Virus record (IMG/VR): IMGVR_UViG_3300037493_002747
Span: 1 to 64,000 of that record
Length of the DNA stretch: 64,000 bases
Source: a virus
Direction: 5' to 3' (one strand)
This document shows, one piece after another, positions 49,801 through 57,950 of this stretch. Every line of letters begins with the position of its first letter. The stretch's first letter is position 1. Position numbers and translations under genes: made by a program. The notes beneath the pieces are model-generated. The model worked only from the letters and a program-made list of their open reading frames with translations, was not told the origin of the DNA and did no database searches.

Positions 49801-50126
49801 AGGGATTTCAGGGGAATCAGGGTTTCCAAGGGAATCAAGGCTGGCAAGGGAATCAAGGATTTCAGGGGAATCAAGGCTGGCAAGGGATACAGGGGCTACA
49901 GGGATTTCAGGGCTGGCAAGGAATACAGGGTCCGCAAGGGATACAGGGGATACAGGGGCTACAGGGATTTCAGGGCTGGCACGGAATACAGGGAAATCAA
50001 GGGCCACAAGGGTACCAAGGCCCTGAGATGACATTTGCAACGATTGGAACACCTGTGTATATTCTTGGCAAGGATGCGGGCGGGAACATAGGATGGGTTG
50101 CAGTACAGACATTTACATGTCCATAG
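46842..50126 (+). CDS. collagen-like (Gly-X-Gln)n fibre protein with three Cys-rich modules
   Basis: Four G-X-Q tracts separated by GCxAC...DC...GE.IC.S...CHG.C modules. Confidence 0.8.
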   Translation: MSDWTSYEKERFYHIARQAEIVVIKDRDVIAFIPEAIGLAATQGIDLYRKSDETYSMWKSTPPVAVEASERLLCWTRVSGTEMVSGYRWVPYITSDNPDTTKILPLREVFSPRVTYDRTSNMLHLWFWTNVKWDYTGTEYSEDNIFKIGYKDYKSFFDNAANKMTCKRVLCYAVGQFGNYWIKGGLIDGYQGFLGLQGVQNDQYDIIPVFTRPTIITNFSVTSLDDAPGLITDGWYEIQGIQSGFQGFQGFQGFQGFQGFQGFQGFQGFQGFQGFQGFQGFQGFQGFQGFQGFQGFQGFQGYQGFQGFQGFQGFQGFQGFQGFQGFQGFQGFQGFQGFQGFQGFQGFQGFQGFQGFQGFQGFQGFQGFQGFQGFQGFQGFQGFQGFQGFQGFQGFQGYQGFQGFQGYQGFQGFQGFQGFQGFQGFRGFQGFQGFQGFQGFQGFQGFQGFQGFQGFQGFQGFQGFQGFQGYQGFQGYQGFQGFQGYQGFQGLQGFQGFQGLQGFQGFQGLQGFQGFQGFQGNQGFQGNQGFQGNQGFQGNQGFQGNQGWQGNQGFQGNQGCPACMTASDIYLPTSGSGYAYPDVNSDCWSAGEIICISVSGKVDQGTISYINEGSIRFTLDTNPSTGGYYSNGTICHGGCAIGMQGFQGNQGFQGNQGFQGNQGFQGNQGFQGNQGNQGNQGNQGNQGNQGNQGNQGNQGNQGNMGWQGPQGFQGFQGNQGFQGNQGNQGCSACVKGEFNDQGSGNIFIRVFTPDSADCFITGETICISDNSSGVVLCSATVTSIYLENNGFYGNNTNPSTGGYYSNVTVCHGGCAIGNQGFQGNQGFQGNQGNQGFQGNQGFQGNQGIQGNQGIQGFQGFAGCAACEQTHSSSQGISIPTSGTGSAQLDYTHKDCWTVGETICVSVNGGVSYQCSLTSKSEIGGFDIYFTPNTYPSVAISNAGGMVCHGECVTQGLQGFQGNQGWQGNQGFQGNQGWQGNQGFQGNQGFQGNQGFQGNQGWQGNQGFQGNQGWQGIQGLQGFQGWQGIQGPQGIQGIQGLQGFQGWHGIQGNQGPQGYQGPEMTFATIGTPVYILGKDAGGNIGWVAVQTFTCP
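47571..48515 (+). repeat. 9-bp-period coding repeat, 105 Gly-X-Y triplets (mostly GFQ)
   Basis: GGN TTT CAR units. Confidence 0.95.
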
Positions 50127-50140
50127 TGGGAGTTTATTAG

Positions 50141-50362
50141 ATGGCTGGACCATATTTTATATTTTCCAATTCAAGCTTTCCGGTACAGGGCGGCGTTCCC
50201 GTGTTAATAACTCAGGCAGAATTCGAGGCTTGTTGTTGCGGAGCAAGGGGCGTGTCTCCAAATGTCCGATCTTTACAATTACCACGCATTGAAAAGGGGA
50301 AAGCATCTAGGACTCCCCCTGTTGCATGTTGTGGTGGAAAGATTACAGAAGCAGGAGAGTGA
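50141..50362 (+). CDS. small Cys-rich protein
   Basis: SD GGGAG; CCC and CC motifs. Confidence 0.5.
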   Translation: MAGPYFIFSNSSFPVQGGVPVLITQAEFEACCCGARGVSPNVRSLQLPRIEKGKASRTPPVACCGGKITEAGE

Positions 50363-50365
50363 GTG

Positions 50366-50830
50366 ATGCCAATCGTACTTTTTGATGCATCGAAGTTGCA
50401 CCCTGACGATTTAACGGGGATACTTCAATATGAGACGCAGTTGTGTGGAATTGTGAACAATTATCCCGTAGGGAGGTCTGCCGTGCCTTATGAACCAATG
50501 GACATCTATGCTAATAACGACCGGACTCTTCGTGTATACATAAAGACGCCGGAACTAAACATTGTGAATTTGACTGGTGCGCAAGGACTTCTGTCAGTAA
50601 AGACAGACAAGGATGCCACTTCGCCGGTAATAACGAAGTCTACGGACATCGGGTCAGAGGGAGCCATTGGATCGCCGGATCAAGGTGAGATGTTTTTCTA
50701 CCTTGTTCCTTTGGATACTGCGTCGTTGTCTATTAGACAGTATGTCTATGATGTTAAGGTGACTTTGACGACGGGGAAGAAGTATACAGTACTGGAAGGT
50801 GTCATTAATTTGCTTGAACCAGTAGGATAA
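50366..50830 (+). CDS. BppU N-terminal-like baseplate domain protein
   Basis: VNLTGA...YVYDVKV...TVLEG pattern. Confidence 0.55.
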   Translation: MPIVLFDASKLHPDDLTGILQYETQLCGIVNNYPVGRSAVPYEPMDIYANNDRTLRVYIKTPELNIVNLTGAQGLLSVKTDKDATSPVITKSTDIGSEGAIGSPDQGEMFFYLVPLDTASLSIRQYVYDVKVTLTTGKKYTVLEGVINLLEPVG

Positions 50831-50885
50831 TTCCACAAGACCTGACGCATTGGTATATAATGAGGTGGTATTGCTGGAGGTCTAT

Positions 50886-53800
50886 GTGGCTTTTGTAAGT
50901 ATTGATTTGTCGAATTCTTTGGTTGTGCATGATGCCTACGAGCAAAGGACGGCTATTGCCGATCTTGGTGGGTATTGGGACGCCCAAAACAAGGCTTGGC
51001 GTATCGTATTCACGATTGCCAATTTGGAAGCACTCCTTGACGCTATTCCCGACATTTCAACATCGGAAGACTTGGCTGTAAAGGTCAAGGATCAGATGGA
51101 TAAGGAAGCCAAGCTGGAAAAACTTCGGGTGATGTCAAAGCAGGATACGCAGGTGTGTCTGCGTATTCCGGGTATGAAGCTTTCACTATACAACTACCAG
51201 CGGCTTGGCGTTATGTATGCGGCAACTAATCGTGTAGGACTATTGCTGGCGGATGAAATGGGACTAGGGAAAGGGACAACCATTGATAGCCAAGTATTTA
51301 CGACTTTTGGAAAGGTTAGAATCGGATCGTTGAAGGTGGGCGACGAGGTAGTAGGCAAGGATGGAAAACCTCATAACGTGATTGGAGTTTACCCCCAGGG
51401 AATGCGAGAAGTTTACCGTGTGTGGTTCAACGATGGGTTCTATCTTGACGTGGACAGTTCTCACTTATGGGAAGTAAGGTCTAACAACCAGCACAGCAAG
51501 GTGAGGAAAACGTCTGGGGTCGTCCTTTCGATGGAACAACTTCTGGACAAGGACGGTGTTGCGGAACGTGTCGGTGAAGGAAGGAATAGCGGTAAGACCT
51601 ACAAGTTCAAAACCTACTACAAGAAAACGAACGGGAACAACTCATGGGGAATACCGATGGTTGACCCCATCCAGTTCGTACACCGCACCATAGACATAGA
51701 CCCGTACCTCCTCGGAGTCTGGCTTGGCGATGGACATATTATGAAAACAGGGTATGTAAACCTAGTAATGCTAAAGGCAGACCTTGCTGATATGAATGTT
51801 GGAGGCAAGATTGGAAGAGTAGACGCATCACACATGGAAGCTCGTCTTTTCAATACACATAAACAGGAGTTGGTCAATCTTGGTTTGAACGGAAAGAGAG
51901 CTTGGGAGAAGTTTATACCTGATGACTATAAATACAATTCCGAAGAAGTTAGACTTGCGGTGATTCAAGGATTGATGGACACAGACGGACACGCATCGGA
52001 TTGTGCGACCGAGTATTCGACCAGTTCTAAGCAGTTGTGCGACGATGTGGTTGAGATTGTGCAGACGCTTGGTGGTATCGCAAGGGTCAGGTCCAGGATT
52101 CCACGTTACTGGTATAAGGGAGTAAAGAAGACGGGAAGGACGAGTTACAGTGTCAATATCAAGTTGCCTCCTAGTATTGTTCCGTTCCGTCTACCAAGAA
52201 AGGTTGTGGACTATGATAAGTGTGACAAGTATAGTCCCGAGCGATACATTTGTAATATAGAAAAACTCGCAGAAAAGAAAGAAACGGTTTGCATCTCAGT
52301 CGATGCTCCTGACAATCTTTATGTCACGGAACATTGTATCGTTACCCACAACACCCTCCAGGCCATTGGTACAGCAATGTTCTTAAAGGCTTCGGATGGG
52401 GCGAAGAAGGCACTTATTGTTACGCCAGCATCACTCAAGTTTAACTGGCCATTGGAGATCGAGAAGTTTACAGATGAGAAGTACGTGGTCATTGATGGTA
52501 CGCCGGATGAGAGAGTTGCGCAATGGCTTCGGGATGATGTGTTTTTCTATGTCGTCAATTTCGAGCTGTTACTGGAAGATTTGTTTGGAGGCAGGAAGTT
52601 CAGGGAGAAGAAGGGTGAGTCCGATGAGGACAGGCAGAGAAGGTTGGACAGGCATGAAAAGATTTCTACTAAAGCGAAACAGAGGCGGGGGATACTGACG
52701 ACAGTTAGGAATAGGGTATGGGATGTAATAGCGGTGGATGAATGTTTTCCGTATGGAACGATGATCGAAACGGATAAAGGACGGATGAGTATTGGAGATG
52801 TCGTATCTCAAAAATTGCCAGTGTCCGTTTTGTCTTGTGATTTTTCAAGGAATGTGTCATCGTATCGACGTGTTGTTAGATGGATGGAAAAATCTATGTC
52901 TGGACACCTCGTGGAGGTGACGCATGAAAGAGGAAGTTTTGTCTGTACTTGGAATCACAAAATCTGGACAGATGAATGGGGATATATCAAAGCGGGTGAA
53001 GCCACGAAGTATGGTGAAGCGCATTTGCGAGTTTTGCCATCACGAGTTCGATGCACCTCGCAAGGGGAAGTCAACACCGAGATTTTGTTCGGTGGTTTGT
53101 TCCGGAAGATTCAGACAGATGTGTCAGGACACCGTGGCGAAACAAGTGGCAGCAAGAACGATGCCAAAGATAGTGTTCAATTGTATGGAATGCGGTCGAG
53201 AGTTTGTGGTCAGGACGACAAAAGAGCAGGAGAGGAGATTTTGTTCGAGGAGGTGTGTGGCGATCTGGAGGTCAAAAACAGAGGATCGGAAAGACAGAAT
53301 GTTGAAGATGCAGGTGGCCTGCGGGTTAGTAACGAAGGGAAAGCCGAATCTGAGATTCTCCAAGTTTATGACAGAGAAGAATCAAGACCCGGTATTCCGA
53401 CAGAAGGTGATGGAGGGGGCAGCAAAGTGGAGGGAGACACATCCATCATTTCTTGTGAGGGGCGGGAAACCATTCATAACGAAGCCGCAGAGATTGTTGG
53501 CGGAAGCTCTTGGAGAAGAATGGGAGATGGAATACAAGGTCTCCGACAAGAGAATGGCAGATGTGTTGGTGAGTCCACCTCGGTTCTATCAGATAGACAT
53601 TGCAAATGTGGGAATGAAGATTGCTGTAGAGGTGGACGGAAGAACCCACAGGATGACGAAGTGGAAGATAATCGATGCTCGGAAGGAGAAGGCTTTGTCT
53701 TATCTCGGTTGGAAAGTATTAAGGTTCTGGAACGAAGAGATTTTGAAAGACTTGGACTTGGTAGTCCGGAAAATCTCCGAGTCTATAATCTCGAAGTAGA

Positions 53801-54842
53801 AGCTGATACGGACGACGATCATTGTTATGTTGCTGATGGTGTCCTAGTTTCTAATTGTCAAGCACTCAAGCATCATTCGTCCACCCGGACTCAGAATGTG
53901 CTGAACTTAAAGGCCAAGTGTCGTATGGCTTTAACAGGGACTCCGATGGATGGAAGGCTTGAGGAATTGCACAGTTTGATGCAGTTTGTGGCTCCCGGAC
54001 TTCTCATGTCCAAGACTCGGTTTTTTCAGAGGCATGTTGAGACGGACTTTTGGGGTAGGGTGACTGGGTACAAGAGAATGGGAGAGGTATCTCAGAAGAT
54101 TCAACAGTTCTTTCTTCGCAGGTTGAAGAGGGACGTTTTGAAGGACTTACCGGACAAGGTTTATGAGAATCGGCTAGTGTCCTTGACGGCTGAAGAACAC
54201 AAAATTTACAAGGCTCTGGCGGAGCAAGGGCATGAGGCGACAGAAGATGTTTTGGCAGTAGTTTCAGTTATTCGTTGTAAGCAGTTTTGTAATTATCCTC
54301 AGATGGTGGATGCGTCGTGTACGACAACGTCAAAGATGGATTCCTTCAGAGAGGTTCTGGATGAGGTTGTGGTCCAGAATGGTCATAAAGCATTGGTGTT
54401 CAGTCAATACAAAGAAATGCTGAATATCCTTGTCCCTGAATTGGAGAAGATGGGTATAAAGTACATGAGGATCGACGGAGACACTCCTCCAATAGAGCGG
54501 GCTTCGATGCAGAAGAAGTTCAATGAGGATAAAAGTCTTGATGTGATGATTGGAACTGAGGCTATGTCAACAGGGCTGAATTTCCAGTCAGCGGATTATG
54601 TTATCAACTATGATGACAATTGGTCTCCGGCTATTATGGCGCAACGTGAAGATAGGTGTCACAGGAATGGGCAGAGGAATGTGGTTACGGTAGTGAACTT
54701 CATTTGTAGAGACACGATTGAAGAACGTATCCGTGGAGTCATCTACGCGAAGAACAGGGTTACGGCACAAGTCCTTGGAGATGAGACTGATGATATGGTC
54801 TTGAGAAGACTTGGTCCAAAAGATGTTTGTCAGTTGTTGTGA
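50886..54842 (+). CDS. SNF2-family helicase with two inteins
   Basis: LADEMGLGK|T, VDE|CQ, LTGTP, VFSQY, QREDRCHRNGQ; SD GGAGG before GTG. Confidence 0.9.
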   Translation: MAFVSIDLSNSLVVHDAYEQRTAIADLGGYWDAQNKAWRIVFTIANLEALLDAIPDISTSEDLAVKVKDQMDKEAKLEKLRVMSKQDTQVCLRIPGMKLSLYNYQRLGVMYAATNRVGLLLADEMGLGKGTTIDSQVFTTFGKVRIGSLKVGDEVVGKDGKPHNVIGVYPQGMREVYRVWFNDGFYLDVDSSHLWEVRSNNQHSKVRKTSGVVLSMEQLLDKDGVAERVGEGRNSGKTYKFKTYYKKTNGNNSWGIPMVDPIQFVHRTIDIDPYLLGVWLGDGHIMKTGYVNLVMLKADLADMNVGGKIGRVDASHMEARLFNTHKQELVNLGLNGKRAWEKFIPDDYKYNSEEVRLAVIQGLMDTDGHASDCATEYSTSSKQLCDDVVEIVQTLGGIARVRSRIPRYWYKGVKKTGRTSYSVNIKLPPSIVPFRLPRKVVDYDKCDKYSPERYICNIEKLAEKKETVCISVDAPDNLYVTEHCIVTHNTLQAIGTAMFLKASDGAKKALIVTPASLKFNWPLEIEKFTDEKYVVIDGTPDERVAQWLRDDVFFYVVNFELLLEDLFGGRKFREKKGESDEDRQRRLDRHEKISTKAKQRRGILTTVRNRVWDVIAVDECFPYGTMIETDKGRMSIGDVVSQKLPVSVLSCDFSRNVSSYRRVVRWMEKSMSGHLVEVTHERGSFVCTWNHKIWTDEWGYIKAGEATKYGEAHLRVLPSRVRCTSQGEVNTEILFGGLFRKIQTDVSGHRGETSGSKNDAKDSVQLYGMRSRVCGQDDKRAGEEILFEEVCGDLEVKNRGSERQNVEDAGGLRVSNEGKAESEILQVYDREESRPGIPTEGDGGGSKVEGDTSIISCEGRETIHNEAAEIVGGSSWRRMGDGIQGLRQENGRCVGESTSVLSDRHCKCGNEDCCRGGRKNPQDDEVEDNRCSEGEGFVLSRLESIKVLERRDFERLGLGSPENLRVYNLEVEADTDDDHCYVADGVLVSNCQALKHHSSTRTQNVLNLKAKCRMALTGTPMDGRLEELHSLMQFVAPGLLMSKTRFFQRHVETDFWGRVTGYKRMGEVSQKIQQFFLRRLKRDVLKDLPDKVYENRLVSLTAEEHKIYKALAEQGHEATEDVLAVVSVIRCKQFCNYPQMVDASCTTTSKMDSFREVLDEVVVQNGHKALVFSQYKEMLNILVPELEKMGIKYMRIDGDTPPIERASMQKKFNEDKSLDVMIGTEAMSTGLNFQSADYVINYDDNWSPAIMAQREDRCHRNGQRNVVTVVNFICRDTIEERIRGVIYAKNRVTAQVLGDETDDMVLRRLGPKDVCQLL
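51273..52352 (+). mobile_element. intein 1 (360 aa; class-3-like, LAGLIDADG endonuclease) in Walker A
   Basis: Ends VTHN|T; LLGVWLGDG and IQGLMDTDG motifs; W-C-T triad. Confidence 0.85.
52743..53855 (+). mobile_element. intein 2 (371 aa) in Walker B
   Basis: CFPYGT start, CTWNHKIW block B, VYNLEV...VLVSN|C end. Confidence 0.85.
52924..53799 (+). CDS. DUF559/Vsr-like endonuclease with zinc-finger repeats, nested in the +1 frame within intein 2
   Basis: SD GGAGGTG; two CxxC...FCSxxC fingers; IDIA...IAVEVDG.TH...D...GWKVLRFWN. Confidence 0.85.
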   Translation: MKEEVLSVLGITKSGQMNGDISKRVKPRSMVKRICEFCHHEFDAPRKGKSTPRFCSVVCSGRFRQMCQDTVAKQVAARTMPKIVFNCMECGREFVVRTTKEQERRFCSRRCVAIWRSKTEDRKDRMLKMQVACGLVTKGKPNLRFSKFMTEKNQDPVFRQKVMEGAAKWRETHPSFLVRGGKPFITKPQRLLAEALGEEWEMEYKVSDKRMADVLVSPPRFYQIDIANVGMKIAVEVDGRTHRMTKWKIIDARKEKALSYLGWKVLRFWNEEILKDLDLVVRKISESIISK

Positions 54843-54849
54843 GGTATTT

Positions 54850-56550
54850 ATGTCGAGCTTCCATGACACAGTAGAACTTGAACGTGCCTTTCTTCGTGCG
54901 GTTACGAGTGGCATCATTATGGCCCGTACCTACATAAATCAAGGCAGGGAGGAGATGTTCACATCCGATCCTCGAAGATTCATATTTGCCATAGCGGTTA
55001 TGACTTTGAATGAGTCGAACTCTCTTTTATCTAAGCAGATATACGAATATGAGGTGAGTTCAAGACTGGGTGAAAATGATGCGGCAGACTTCATTGGCGA
55101 ATGGAACATGATTGATGGGGTGGCGTCATATGATTCACCAGAGGTACTTTTGGCGAAGATTCGTGATGCGGAGATTGGCCGTAGGGCATTGAGGTTGTCT
55201 GAAAATGTTGTCGATATGCTGACAAAGGGCAATATCAAGGATGCCGTTTCATTTCTAAAGCGTGAGGCGATGATGATTGGTGGTGGTCCAAAGGATGACC
55301 GCCCGGTAATACCATTGTCAGACATTTCCATTCGACTGAAATTGTATCAGGATAGGAAGGAAAACCCGGAGAAGTACCAAGGATTGAAGATTGGATTCAA
55401 GACATTCGATCAGTGGACTGGTGGTTTGTTTCCTGGTGAGTTGACCCTGATTGCTGGCGTTACTGGATTGGGCAAATCGACTCTTTGTCGTTCGATTGCC
55501 AAGGGGATTGTGACGCTCAATGGGGCGAAGAATGTTCTTCATGTCGCTAATGAGGAATATCTGGAACAGGTTCAGTATAAATATGATGCCTTGTTTATGG
55601 GGATTCCGTATACAGACTTCAAGTATGCTAGACTTACGGACGATGCCTTGGACCGATGGCAGAAGCAGATGCAGAAGGGAATGCAGGAATCCGGGATGGG
55701 GCAGATTTTCACGAAGGAGGTTCCGGCGTTTACGGATGTGTCTTTGGTGGAGCAGCAATATCGTATCTTGGAGAATCGTGGGATACCTATTCATGCTATC
55801 ATTATTGACCATCTTCCCCATGTGAAGCCGATTCAACAGTCGTGGGGAGAGAATGATGAGCGGTTTAAGGCGGCGGCAGATTGTAAGGAGTTGGCTCGTA
55901 GTCTTCGGGTGCCGGTAGTCACTCCTACTCAGGCGGCTACAGAGGTGGAGAAGAAACAGGCTAAGGGTCAGAGAGCCAGCAAGATGGATGTTTACGGGTC
56001 CAAGGGGCAAGTCCATGTAGCGAACACGTTTCTTATCATAACGTACAAGGGGACGGATGATACGCAACAGGATATACCCGACTATCTTCGGGATGTCTAC
56101 TGGTTGTGTGATGCTAAGAAGAATCGTGATGGACCTCCGTTCTATTTCATGGCGAAGCATCAGGTAAAGGATGGTCAGGTAACAGAGATCGCTGATCCGA
56201 GCAAGAAACCCAGCAAGGAGGCCAAGGATGGGGTAGAAAAGGCTCTGAATGAGGCGGAAGGTACTGGTAAGCCTCCAGTGGCGAAGACGGCTTCTGTGGT
56301 TGATCAGACGCCTGTGGTTCTCAATACTGGTCTTAGGGACGCTCAAATGGACTATGTTGAGGCTATTGATGGTGGAGGGGACAATGAAGATGTTCCCTCA
56401 GTTTCTGGACAAGAGGTCCAGGGTATTGATTCGGTCATATCGGAAGCGGAGCAGGATACTGTAAAGGAAAGGCCAGAATCTGCGAATTCCGCACCGAAAT
56501 CACTAATGGATAGAATTCGTGCCTCAAAGATTGCAATCCCCGGTGTATAA
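54850..56550 (+). CDS. DnaB-like replicative helicase
   Basis: GELTLIAGVTGLGKS, IIIDH, PTQA, KNRDG. Confidence 0.85.
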   Translation: MSSFHDTVELERAFLRAVTSGIIMARTYINQGREEMFTSDPRRFIFAIAVMTLNESNSLLSKQIYEYEVSSRLGENDAADFIGEWNMIDGVASYDSPEVLLAKIRDAEIGRRALRLSENVVDMLTKGNIKDAVSFLKREAMMIGGGPKDDRPVIPLSDISIRLKLYQDRKENPEKYQGLKIGFKTFDQWTGGLFPGELTLIAGVTGLGKSTLCRSIAKGIVTLNGAKNVLHVANEEYLEQVQYKYDALFMGIPYTDFKYARLTDDALDRWQKQMQKGMQESGMGQIFTKEVPAFTDVSLVEQQYRILENRGIPIHAIIIDHLPHVKPIQQSWGENDERFKAAADCKELARSLRVPVVTPTQAATEVEKKQAKGQRASKMDVYGSKGQVHVANTFLIITYKGTDDTQQDIPDYLRDVYWLCDAKKNRDGPPFYFMAKHQVKDGQVTEIADPSKKPSKEAKDGVEKALNEAEGTGKPPVAKTASVVDQTPVVLNTGLRDAQMDYVEAIDGGGDNEDVPSVSGQEVQGIDSVISEAEQDTVKERPESANSAPKSLMDRIRASKIAIPGV

Positions 56551-56602
56551 TGGGGCAAGAAGTAATGCTATTGGGGCTTACGGAAATAATAAGGAGACTA
56601 GA

Positions 56603-57601
56603 ATGACACAGGCAAGTGCAGAGCACGCATTGATACAGCATCAGGAAATCGGGACAGCATTTGAGAGCGTTTATTACGTTGAGAGTGCGTTCATCCGGCA
56701 GACGGTCCAGAAGAAGGATTTCACAGACTTGATTCTGAGGGACAGGTCAGGATCGCGGAATGTCAAGTACTGGGGACGAGTTGACGGGTTAGTAAAGGGG
56801 GAATACGTCTTTATTGCAGCCAATGTTGAGGAGTACATGGGTAATCCCAGCATTGTTGCGAAGAATATCGAGAGGGTGGACGTTCCTGACGACTTATCTG
56901 ATTTCATTCCCGTCTACGATGATTCTGGTTCTAAGAACAATGCATCGAAGTTCGATGATATTCGGGCTGTGTTGTCGGAAATTGAGAAGGGTATTGGGGA
57001 TACCACGGCTGGCCAGATTGTGGATGAGGTATACAAGAACTCTTCGTTCTTCGCCAGATTTGTTGTGGCACCTGGAAGTGGTCGTCCGCATTATGGTCGG
57101 CAGGGTGGTTTGCTCGCAAACACGGTTCGTGTGGCAATGGCAAGTCTTATCGGGGCTGAGTCGTATGGGCTGAACGATCAGGAGAAGGCAGTTCTTCTAG
57201 CTTCGGCTCTGTTGGCCAGAATTGGAGCCATTGAGTCGTTCGAGTTTAAGGATTGTATGCCCATTGTCACTAAGAAGGGCATACTGTTGGGGATCAACAA
57301 CTTGACGATGAATCGGATAACGTCAGCATTGAAGAGGGCTGTTGCGACACTTAATAGTGAAAACAAGACGGTCAACAATGATACGATCATTCGTATTTTG
57401 CATGCCGTAGCATCGCATGATGGAATTTCTGTGAAGCCTATGACGAAAGAAGCGATGGTTCTTCATGCGGCATTTAAGACAGACTCCGAGATTGTGGATG
57501 CGATGGACTTCATTGAATCCGACAAGAATAAGACAGAAGAGTTCACGGCATGGGACTCGTCAATGGGTCGTAAGTATTACATAGGCGGCGTTCCGGCTTA
57601 G
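56603..57601 (+). CDS. YhaM/Cbf1-like OB-fold + degenerate HD-domain protein
   Basis: L.LRDRSG..W OB-fold; AP...H...GGLL; PMTKEA. Confidence 0.7.
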   Translation: MTQASAEHALIQHQEIGTAFESVYYVESAFIRQTVQKKDFTDLILRDRSGSRNVKYWGRVDGLVKGEYVFIAANVEEYMGNPSIVAKNIERVDVPDDLSDFIPVYDDSGSKNNASKFDDIRAVLSEIEKGIGDTTAGQIVDEVYKNSSFFARFVVAPGSGRPHYGRQGGLLANTVRVAMASLIGAESYGLNDQEKAVLLASALLARIGAIESFEFKDCMPIVTKKGILLGINNLTMNRITSALKRAVATLNSENKTVNNDTIIRILHAVASHDGISVKPMTKEAMVLHAAFKTDSEIVDAMDFIESDKNKTEEFTAWDSSMGRKYYIGGVPA

Positions 57602-57622
57602 TCGCCAAAGTGGAGACAAACA

Positions 57623-57910
57623 ATGGGTGATCTTTCCAAAGACTCTGCGGAAATGTTCGGAGGGTTTGATCCTGAAGAGCATGCCCTTATGACGATGGAC
57701 GGATATGATGACTGCATTGTGGGTGTGGTTGAACAGTTCGGTAGACCACCCATTGTTTGTTACTCCAAGCCTATGGTGATTGCCAAACTGATGAAAGATG
57801 GTATGTCGGAAGAAGAGGCAGAAGAATTCTGGTCTTTCAATCAAATCGGGGCATATTGGGGTGAAAACACTCCATGCTTCTTGTCTCCGAATCCACTGGC
57901 AAGAACCTGA
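57623..57910 (+). CDS. conserved phage hypothetical protein
   Basis: DGYDDCIVG...EEAEEF..FN..GAY.GE.TP. Confidence 0.7.
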   Translation: MGDLSKDSAEMFGGFDPEEHALMTMDGYDDCIVGVVEQFGRPPIVCYSKPMVIAKLMKDGMSEEEAEEFWSFNQIGAYWGENTPCFLSPNPLART

Positions 57911-57950
57911 TTCCTTTGAATGATTTGGTTCATGGTAGATATGGGACCTC

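Noticed and set aside
47427-50112. Long alternative-frame and antisense ORFs over the collagen gene
   Set aside because: Shadows of the 9-bp-period repeat, which lacks stops in other frames; no RBS or domain motifs
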